Shown here piece by piece: positions 29,109 through 37,444 of a stretch of 64,000 bases of DNA (position 1 is its first letter; each line of letters opens with the position of its first letter). The DNA comes from an uncultured Clostridium sp. (lineage in GTDB: Bacteria > Bacillota > Clostridia > TANB77 > CAG-508). The DNA is taken from assembly GCA_900554175.1 (NCBI GenBank), contig USGK01000002.1:31402-95401 (forward strand), written 5' to 3'. The position numbers were made by a program, and so were the translations under genes. The notes under the pieces are model-generated. The model was given only the letters and a program-made list of their open reading frames with translations, ran no database searches and had not been told where the DNA came from.

Positions 29109-29580
29109 CTACATTTTTTTCAATTTCTTTTATTCTTTTCTTTTTTTCAGTAATGATGTCAGCTGTATCAATTGTTAATATAATTGCCATTCCTAACCAA
29201 GCAATAAATATATATATATATGATAAATTTATATTTGTAAAATTTTTTATTTCTATAAAATTTCTTATATAATGAAAAATAATTCTATCTATTAAGTTTC
29301 CAATACCTCCTGCAACCGCAAAGCTAAGTATATATCTACTTGAATTTTTTATAAACCTATTTTTATTTAGAATATATCTAAATATTATAAAAATAATAAT
29401 ACAAGAAATAAAAATATGTTTAATATTTTCAGTTGTGTTCACATTAAATTCTTGAAAATCAGTGTATATAATTTCTTTTGTAATTTGATCTATTAAAATT
29501 AAAATAAAAATCAATATAAATACTCTCTTGTATATTTTATTTAATTTTTTCTTCTCTTCCATAATCAGGTCCTTTCTCAA
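29086..29580 (-). CDS. LspA-like (signal peptidase II family) membrane protein, divergent
   Basis: DQITK and GGIGNLIDR motifs and a position upstream of rluD support family membership. The NxGAAF block is absent and FNxAD reads INLSY by manual alignment. Confidence 0.55.
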   Translation of the reverse strand: MRKDLIMEEKKKLNKIYKRVFILIFILILIDQITKEIIYTDFQEFNVNTTENIKHIFISCIIIFIIFRYILNKNRFIKNSSRYILSFAVAGGIGNLIDRIIFHYIRNFIEIKNFTNINLSYIYIFIAWLGMAIILTIDTADIITEKKKRIKEIEKNVDERKNFK

Positions 29581-29713
29581 GTTAACTCATTACAAAATTT
29601 TAAATTTTTTCAAAATGTAATCTTATAAATAATTTACTAATACAATTATTCTAATAGGAAGCCTTTACTTTTACATAAAAAAGTATATCACACAATTCAA
29701 TAAAAAGCTACAC

Positions 29714-29742
29714 TTTACAACATATAATTTTTGTGATATAAT
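29714..29742 (+). promoter_or_regulatory. sigma-A-type promoter for DUF4364 gene
   Basis: TTTACA (29714-29719), 17 nt spacer, TATAAT (29737-29742), with TGA giving an extended -10. Confidence 0.5.
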
Positions 29743-29775
29743 GCTTTTGAAATTTAATGTAAGGAAGTGGCTAAG

Positions 29776-30312
29776 ATGGAAAATAATACAAATAGCTTAG
29801 CTCAAGACAAAGTTTTAATACTATATATCTTAAATAAAATTAATAAAGATATCACCAGTAGTGATTTATTTAAAATCATTTCAGGAATTAATGATATAAA
29901 CTATTTTTATTTTAGACAAATATTAATGGACCTTGTTGAATCTAGGCTTGTTGGATCTTACACTAAGGACAAAACTTCAGTTTTCGAACTTACTCAAGAG
30001 GGCAAAAACTCTCTTACACTCACTTTAGATGTTCTACCAGGTCTTATAAAATTGAAGGCTGATACCGTTTTGAAAAATAATTTAAATGATATTATAGATG
30101 AATCCTCAATTGTAGCAGAATATATACCAGAAAATGAAAATAATTTTACAGTTAACTGTAAAATTATTGAAAACAACAATACTGTTTTTGAAGTAAAAAC
30201 TTTTGCTGGTTCAAGAGAACGTGCAAAAGCTATAGCAGATAATTGGAAGAATAATGCAAGTGTTATTTATCCTAAAATTCTTGATTTACTTACTGAGACA
30301 GAAAAAAAGTAG
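29776..30312 (+). CDS. DUF4364 family protein
   Basis: LAQDKVLILYILNKINKDITSSDLFKIISGINDINYFYFRQILMDLVESRLV matches the family pattern from memory. ATG 29776 is preferred over the track's GTG 29767 (AAGGAAG 8 nt upstream). Confidence 0.65.
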   Translation: MENNTNSLAQDKVLILYILNKINKDITSSDLFKIISGINDINYFYFRQILMDLVESRLVGSYTKDKTSVFELTQEGKNSLTLTLDVLPGLIKLKADTVLKNNLNDIIDESSIVAEYIPENENNFTVNCKIIENNNTVFEVKTFAGSRERAKAIADNWKNNASVIYPKILDLLTETEKK

Positions 30313-30332
30313 AGTATCTTACTCTACTTTTT
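30304..30332. terminator. bidirectional terminator
   Basis: AAAAAGTAGAGTA-TCT-TACTCTACTTTTT, a perfect 13-bp stem overlapping the DUF4364 stop codon. Confidence 0.7.
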
Positions 30333-30411
30333 CTATATTAATTAATATGTCAACATAAGTATACATACTTTGCATAATTATTTATGCTTGCAAATATTCT
30401 AAACTAATTCT

Positions 30412-30849
30412 CTATTTTAACTCTGTTATAGCTTTTCTTGCAAGCTCATCACATCTATTATTAAGCTCTACATTACTGTGACCTTTTACTTTATTAAATG
30501 TAACTTTATGTTTTTTAGTTAAAACATATAACTCTTCCCATAATTCTTTATTCTTTACATCTTTTCCATCTGCTGTTTTCCAGCCTTTTTTTATCCAGTT
30601 ATAAATCCAACCTTGATTAAAACTATTAACGGAATATGCACTATCACTGTATATTTCAACTTCACATTTTTGTTTTAATGCTTTTAAACCTTCAATTATG
30701 GCTGTAAGTTCCATTATATTATTAGTTGTATTCTTATCTCCACCATATATTTCCTTTTTGTGTTCTCCACAAATTAAAACCGCAGCCCATCCTCCTGGAC
30801 CAGGGTTTCCTGAACAAGCTCCATCTGTATAGATTATTACTTTTTGCAT
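30412..30849 (-). CDS. rnhA: ribonuclease HI
   Basis: 145 aa. [27 protein letters not shown] and [14 protein letters not shown] motifs. Confidence 0.9.
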   Translation of the reverse strand: MQKVIIYTDGACSGNPGPGGWAAVLICGEHKKEIYGGDKNTTNNIMELTAIIEGLKALKQKCEVEIYSDSAYSVNSFNQGWIYNWIKKGWKTADGKDVKNKELWEELYVLTKKHKVTFNKVKGHSNVELNNRCDELARKAITELK

Positions 30850-30862
30850 TTAAAAATCTCCT

Positions 30863-31600
30863 TTATAATTTATTTGGTTCTACATATTTACACATAGTCC
30901 AATCTGGCAAACTTTTAAAAACCATCTTTTCTTTTTTTACTGGATGTTCTATTTCTAATTCATACGCCCATAGTCTTATTTGTTTTTGTTTACCTCGTAC
31001 ACCATATTTTTGATCTCCATACAAACTGTGTTTAAAATTAGCAAATTGAACTCTTATCTGGTGATGTCTTCCAGTGTATAGAATTATTTTTACCAAACTT
31101 AGATTTCTTTTTTCATCATAATCTAATACTTCGTAATCTAACTTAGCCAATTTTGAATTTTTTTTATTCTTATCTACTACTTTACTTATATTATTTCTCT
31201 CATCTTTATATAAATAGTCCTCTAAAGTTCCTTTTATATTTTCTATTTTTCCATCAACTACAGCTAAATATCTCTTTTTAAATATTTTGTTTCTAACTTG
31301 TTCACTAAGTCTTGATGCTGATTTTGATGTTCTTGCAAATACCATTACTCCACCAACAGGCCTGTCCAATCTATGTACCAATCCCAAATAAACTTCTCCA
31401 GGTTTATTATACTTTTCTTTGATATATTGCTTTACCATAGTTAGCATATCTATATCTCCTGTTTTATCTTTTTGTGATGGAATATTTGGTTCTTTTTCAA
31501 CTACTATTATCTGATTATCTTCATATATTACTTTCATATTTAATATCAATTCCCTCTTAAAGTTCAAACTAAATTTCTTCCCATCTTCCATATATTCCAC
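30863..31600 (-). CDS. RluA-family pseudouridine synthase
   Basis: HRLDRPVGGVMVFA and GRHHQIRVQ motifs. Real start may be ATG 31537 (MKVIYEDNQIIVV), which removes the overlap with the upstream gene. Confidence 0.8.
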   Translation of the reverse strand: MEYMEDGKKFSLNFKRELILNMKVIYEDNQIIVVEKEPNIPSQKDKTGDIDMLTMVKQYIKEKYNKPGEVYLGLVHRLDRPVGGVMVFARTSKSASRLSEQVRNKIFKKRYLAVVDGKIENIKGTLEDYLYKDERNNISKVVDKNKKNSKLAKLDYEVLDYDEKRNLSLVKIILYTGRHHQIRVQFANFKHSLYGDQKYGVRGKQKQIRLWAYELEIEHPVKKEKMVFKSLPDWTMCKYVEPNKL

Positions 31601-32435
31601 ATGGTAAAATTAATTTTGACTTTTCCATTGGTAAACCTATTTCACCTGACTCAACTTTACCATTATATTTCTTTGATATTGTCAAGTTTAAAATATTTGC
31701 CAAAACTGTGCTTGATATTCCTGTTGTATAAGAATTTATTAAGAAAAATAATGGATTATCTGACATAACTTTAGCACATAATTCTACTAAATCGTAAATA
31801 TTATTTTCAAATTGCCATACTTCCCCATTTGTACCTCTTCCATAAGATGGAGGATCCATTATAATTGCATCATATTTATGTTCTCTTCTTATTTCTCTAT
31901 TAACAAATTTAACAACATCATCTACTATATATCGTACTTTTTTATCTGATAAATTTGAACTTTCAACATTTTCCTTGGCCCAAGATACCATACCTTTAGA
32001 GCTATCCACATGGCAAACCTCTGCACCTGCACTCAAACATGCTACAGTTGCTCCACCTGTATATGCAAATAAATTTAAAACTCTTATAGGTCTATTTGAA
32101 TCTCTTATTTTTTCAATCATCCAATCCCAATTGACTGCTTGTTCTGGAAATAATCCTGTATGTTTAAATCCCATTGGTTTAATGTTAAATGTTAGGTTTT
32201 TATATTTTACTTGCCAATTCTTAGGAACACTTTTTTTATATTCCCATGCTCCTCCTCCTGATTTACTTCTTTTATATATTGCATTTGCTTTTCCCCATTC
32301 TTTAGGATAACTTTTATTTTTCCATACAATTTGTGGATCTGGTCTTGAAAGAATAATATCTTTCCATATTTCTAATTTTTGCCCATCTGCCATATCTATT
32401 ATTTTATAATCTTTCCAACTATTTGCTATTTTCAT
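31569..32435 (-). CDS. class I SAM-dependent methyltransferase (RlmI-type catalytic domain without PUA)
   Basis: VLNLFAYTGGATVA (motif I) and IIMDPPSYGRG (motif IV). Confidence 0.7.
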   Translation of the reverse strand: MKIANSWKDYKIIDMADGQKLEIWKDIILSRPDPQIVWKNKSYPKEWGKANAIYKRSKSGGGAWEYKKSVPKNWQVKYKNLTFNIKPMGFKHTGLFPEQAVNWDWMIEKIRDSNRPIRVLNLFAYTGGATVACLSAGAEVCHVDSSKGMVSWAKENVESSNLSDKKVRYIVDDVVKFVNREIRREHKYDAIIMDPPSYGRGTNGEVWQFENNIYDLVELCAKVMSDNPLFFLINSYTTGISSTVLANILNLTISKKYNGKVESGEIGLPMEKSKLILPCGIYGRWEEI

Positions 32436-32469
32436 ATTCTACTTTTAACAGAACTGTTATTTCCTCCTA

Positions 32470-32679
32470 TTATCTTATTTTTTCTAAAATAATAATAAAA
32501 TTATACACAAGAATAAAATTAAAACAAGATGCTAATAAAAAAATAAACATTGTAAAAGAAATTATTTTATTCTTTTTTATAAAATTAATTAAACTTGTCC
32601 TTTTCTTTTTTATTACCTTTTCTTCTTTAAATGCTGATGTATAATTTTTCTTAAATATATTTTCTTTTGATATCTCCAT
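32470..32679 (-). CDS. small membrane protein (69 aa)
   Basis: AGGAGG 7 nt upstream of the ATG. One C-terminal TM segment. No family recognised. Confidence 0.4.
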   Translation of the reverse strand: MEISKENIFKKNYTSAFKEEKVIKKKRTSLINFIKKNKIISFTMFIFLLASCFNFILVYNFIIILEKIR

Positions 32680-32743
32680 AAAAAACCTCCTAATACAATA
32701 TATGCAGTAGAAACTTTTTTATGACTTTTTTATGACTTTTTTA

Positions 32744-32772
32744 TTGACTTTTTTTAATTTTTATTGTATACT
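32744..32772 (+). promoter_or_regulatory. sigma-A-type promoter driving candidate sRNA
   Basis: TTGACT (32744-32749), 17 nt spacer, TATACT (32767-32772). No plus-strand ORF lies downstream. Confidence 0.5.
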
Positions 32773-32778
32773 AAATGT

Positions 32779-32959
32779 ACTGGTCTATATAATCAGTAGC
32801 GCCGGTATTTATATTAGTTTTTTTAGGACCAGTTCCCTTCTACTATGTTTCGTACATCCTCCTTAATAATACACTGTCTATCTATACATTTGTACCTTTT
32901 TTTAGGCTAATATAAATTCCGGAGGGCTCGTAGTTATTAAACTACGAGTCCATTTTTAT
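32779..32959 (+). ncRNA. candidate ~180-nt structured sRNA (family not recognised)
   Basis: Bounded by the promoter above and a plus-strand intrinsic terminator: GGGCTCGTAG-8 nt-CTACGAGTCC then ATTTTTAT (32924-32959). Long-range helix 32802-32817 with 32907-32922 (16 positions, 1 mismatch). Contains UCCC and CCUCC tracts. No ORF. Confidence 0.45.
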
Positions 32960-34458
32960 GTATTATTATTTTCTGAAAGATTGTTATTTGCACCTTTTAC
33001 ATTATTTTTATTTGTTTCATTTGTATTTTCTTTAGATGTATTGTTCTTGTCTTTAGTATTAGTTGTTGAATTTTTAGGATATATTCCTTTACTTTCTAAG
33101 GTTTTGATTATATCATATTCTTTCTTATTAAATTGCATATAATAAAATCTCTCACCAGACGATATTTTTATATACATTGAATCAAAAGAAAATGGCATTC
33201 CTAACTCTTTTCCGTTTTCCTTTAGTAATGAATATTTTCTATCTTTTTGAGCTATAATATAATTATATTCTGGTAAAATTAACAACCCATATGTATTTGA
33301 GCCATTTGTAGCACTACATCCTATGTTATCATATATAAATCCATTTGTAAGCATAGTACCTTTTATGTCATATAATGCCCATTTATTATCTTGTTTTACT
33401 GGAATTAAATTTTCTAATAAAATATAAGAATTTTTTATTCCATTTGTTTCATAGTTTGTATTATCTAGTCCAACTTTTTCATTTTCAATATATATTACTT
33501 CTTTCCCGACACCATCTAAGACACCATATAAATTATTTTTTTTTGCTAAATATAGATCATTTTTAGCATCAATTAGTGATAGATTATCATACTCTGGTTT
33601 TATTAATGTTTTTCCATCTGAAGATATTAATCCAACTTTTTTATTTGATGCAACTAAAAAGCTTGAGTTAAATTTAAAATATTTTATTCCATCATATTTT
33701 TCTTCTAAGATAAATTTACCTGTACTTAAATCTAATACACCATATTTTTTACTGCTAGAATCACCTTCTGTTGCAACAATCAAAAAACCGTCTAAAATTC
33801 CCTTTTCATTAACAAAATTCTCTTTATCTAAAGAACCACATGAACCATATTTTCCATCTTCTATTAATTTAGAATACCAATCTATTAAGTAATTTAAAGT
33901 ATATATAGTAATTTGATTTTTTTCTTTATCATATTCAAACGAAACATTAAATCCCTTTTCTATTCCATCCATAGTTGTATATAATTTATTATTTTTCTCT
34001 ATTACTTTGCTATCTAATTCTAAATATTCGTATTCACGATTATTATCAGAAAGATCTAATTTATATAATATATTTGAGTTAAGTTCATAATTTGCAATTT
34101 CTTCATAAGTAGTATTTTCCTTAATAGCACTTACATAACACTTATTTGTGTCTTCTGTTGCATTATTATATTCTCCATTATATGCTTTATATCCTAAATA
34201 TTGAGATATATCTTTAATTGGAAGTAATATATTGACATTTCCATTAGCATCTTGTTCAAAATCCAACATTGATAATATTTCTTTATTTTGCGCTCCATCT
34301 ATGTATACTTTCAATTTTTTTCCATCTTCTTTTTTTAGCAATATAATTAAAAAAATTAAAACTATTATTATAATAAAGGTTACTGAAATAGATGCTGTTA
34401 ACATTTTATTTATTTTTTTATCTTTTTGTTTATTTTTTTCTTCATCATACCATTGCAT
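32956..34458 (-). CDS. membrane-anchored WG-repeat protein
   Basis: N-terminal TM. Repeated units: KKYGVLDLSTGKFILEEKYD, NKKVGLISSDGKTLIKPEYD, NNLYGVLDGVGKEVI, DNKWALYDIKG. N/T/K-rich tail. Confidence 0.65.
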   Translation of the reverse strand: MQWYDEEKNKQKDKKINKMLTASISVTFIIIIVLIFLIILLKKEDGKKLKVYIDGAQNKEILSMLDFEQDANGNVNILLPIKDISQYLGYKAYNGEYNNATEDTNKCYVSAIKENTTYEEIANYELNSNILYKLDLSDNNREYEYLELDSKVIEKNNKLYTTMDGIEKGFNVSFEYDKEKNQITIYTLNYLIDWYSKLIEDGKYGSCGSLDKENFVNEKGILDGFLIVATEGDSSSKKYGVLDLSTGKFILEEKYDGIKYFKFNSSFLVASNKKVGLISSDGKTLIKPEYDNLSLIDAKNDLYLAKKNNLYGVLDGVGKEVIYIENEKVGLDNTNYETNGIKNSYILLENLIPVKQDNKWALYDIKGTMLTNGFIYDNIGCSATNGSNTYGLLILPEYNYIIAQKDRKYSLLKENGKELGMPFSFDSMYIKISSGERFYYMQFNKKEYDIIKTLESKGIYPKNSTTNTKDKNNTSKENTNETNKNNVKGANNNLSENNNT

Positions 34459-34472
34459 AACATCACCTCTAT

Positions 34473-35606
<1,134 letters not shown>

Positions 35607-35631
35607 CTATTTTTATCTCATAATATTTTTA

Positions 35632-36252
35632 CTATACACTTGATAATAATTTTAAAGATTCTTTTATTAATTCTTCAAGGCTAAAATCTGTATTAGCCAT
35701 TTTATCACTCACTAAATCTATATCTTTTCTACTATATCCTAATACTTGAAGTGCTGTTTTCATCTCTCCTAAATTTTCATTTTGCAATTTGTTATTTGAC
35801 TTTGTATTTAGAGTTTCTTTTGCATTTGTTAACTCTGAAATTGCTTGTTCTTTTTTAATTTTATCTTTTAGTTCTAATATAATTCTTTGTGCTGTTTTTG
35901 CTCCTACTCCAGGTAATTTCTTTAAAGTAGAAACATCATCTGAAACTACTGCTATTGCAAAATCAGAAGCTTCTATTACACTTAACATTGCAATTGCACT
36001 TTTAGCTCCTACTCCACTCACTGAAATTAAAAGTTCAAACATTCTAAGTTCTTCTTTTGTTTTAAATCCAAAAATACTTATATCATCTTCCATTACTCTA
36101 TAATAAGTATGTACCTTTACTATCTCTCCTATATTTCCCATATTTTGAATAGATTTATCTGACATAAATACTTTGTAGCCCAAGCCTCCTACATCTATTA
36201 CTATATATCCTATATTTTTTGAAGCTAATTCACCTTTTATGTATGCTAACAT
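35632..36252 (-). CDS. ruvA: Holliday junction DNA helicase subunit RuvA
   Basis: MLAYIKGEL start. Two HhH motifs: ISVSGVGAKSAIAML and LPGVGAKTAQRIILEL. Confidence 0.9.
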   Translation of the reverse strand: MLAYIKGELASKNIGYIVIDVGGLGYKVFMSDKSIQNMGNIGEIVKVHTYYRVMEDDISIFGFKTKEELRMFELLISVSGVGAKSAIAMLSVIEASDFAIAVVSDDVSTLKKLPGVGAKTAQRIILELKDKIKKEQAISELTNAKETLNTKSNNKLQNENLGEMKTALQVLGYSRKDIDLVSDKMANTDFSLEELIKESLKLLSSV

Positions 36253-36289
36253 TTTTTCCTCCTTAGTTATAAAAAATAAATTTTAGAAT

Positions 36290-36775
36290 TTATTTTACTT
36301 TTTCCTCAATAAACTTTTCTATAACCTCAATAATTCTGCTCTTTTCTTTAATATATTTTTTAAAATTCCTATTTTCTATTTCTCTAATTGCATCTTTTAA
36401 ATTTTCCAAATTTTCTATTCCTATAAGATATCCATTGTCATTAAAATTTTTAACAATTTGACTTTGATGATTATTTACATGTTCTCCAAATTCACTTTTT
36501 CTTGGAACTGCAATTACTTTTTTTCCTGCTTCTAAAGCCATTTGAATTGAACCTATTCCTCCATGACTAATGACTATATTTGCTTCTTCTACTAACTCTT
36601 TTAGCTCTTCTTTTGGAATCATATCAAAAATTTTCATCTTTTTTGTCTCAAATTTTGTAAATCCTGCCTGAACTATTACATCTTCATGAATGACTTTTGA
36701 ATCTATGCAAATTTCAATTTCTCTCAATAATCTGCTAAAGTCATTATTTTGTGTTCCTAATAATACTAATATCAT
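36290..36775 (-). CDS. Alg13/PssE-like glycosyltransferase subunit (GT28 C-terminal domain)
   Basis: MILVLLGTQNNDFSRLL and ISHGGIGSIQMAL motifs. Start taken as ATG 36775 rather than the track's 36856, which overlaps the upstream gene. Confidence 0.65.
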   Translation of the reverse strand: MILVLLGTQNNDFSRLLREIEICIDSKVIHEDVIVQAGFTKFETKKMKIFDMIPKEELKELVEEANIVISHGGIGSIQMALEAGKKVIAVPRKSEFGEHVNNHQSQIVKNFNDNGYLIGIENLENLKDAIREIENRNFKKYIKEKSRIIEVIEKFIEEKVK

Positions 36776-36798
36776 CTTTTTGCCTTTCTTTTCGCTGT

Positions 36799-37284
36799 TT
36801 ATAAAATTTTTCCTGCATACACAGCCTTTGGGTAAATTTTGAGCATTTCTTTCCATTGCACTAAAAATAAATCAGCTATAGGATAAATTAACCTACCTGT
36901 TGCCGTTTTTGTGTTAATATTTGCAATTGTTTCTATATATATTATTTTACTCCCAAAAATTTTTCCTAAATAACACATTGGTCCAGCCGTATGTGTCCCT
37001 GTTGTGATTATTACTTTTGGTCTGATTTTGAAATACAATACAATTGTTTTTAAAATCAAAAAAGAATATATAAATATGTATTTAAAAAGTTTACTTCTTG
37101 TCCCATAAGGCAAATAATGCATTCTTTCTCCGTATTGATCTTTTAAATATTCATTTGTTTTATCTTTCTCTGTAATTATATTATAATCATATTTTTCAAA
37201 CATCGGTGCAAGTTGTAAAAGTTCATTTAAATGTCCTCCAGTGCTTGAGATAAATAAAACTTTTTTCCTCTTACTTTTCTCCAT
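36799..37284 (-). CDS. Alg14/PssD-like glycosyltransferase membrane subunit
   Basis: KVLFISSTGGHLNELLQL motif. Paired with the Alg13-like gene directly downstream. Confidence 0.65.
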   Translation of the reverse strand: MEKSKRKKVLFISSTGGHLNELLQLAPMFEKYDYNIITEKDKTNEYLKDQYGERMHYLPYGTRSKLFKYIFIYSFLILKTIVLYFKIRPKVIITTGTHTAGPMCYLGKIFGSKIIYIETIANINTKTATGRLIYPIADLFLVQWKEMLKIYPKAVYAGKIL

Positions 37285-37444
37285 CTAATCCTCCAATAGT
37301 TATGAATATTTTACACTATGCATAAAAAAATATCAAGTAAATTGCGAAAATAAATATAGTATTTATTACTAATGAAACCATTTATTTTGCGTAAAATATT
37401 AGAGCGAAAAATATTTTTTCCGCCCTAATATTCTTATTAAATAT

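Noticed and set aside
32843-32862. Minus-strand mini-ORF MYET-stop directly after AAGGAGG (possible leader peptide)
   Set aside because: The GGAGG abuts the ATG with no spacer, which is incompatible with initiation. The tract is better explained as the complement of the CCUCC anti-SD-like motif in the plus-strand RNA candidate.
32779-32959. Identity of the candidate RNA as 6S RNA, SRP RNA, tmRNA, RNase P or a tRNA
   Set aside because: I could not find the conserved SRP (GGUGCUGUUU / GGAAGCAGCCA-type) or tmRNA/RNase P motifs. There is no 5'/3' closing stem with a central bubble as in 6S RNA, and no cloverleaf. It is therefore left as an unclassified sRNA candidate.
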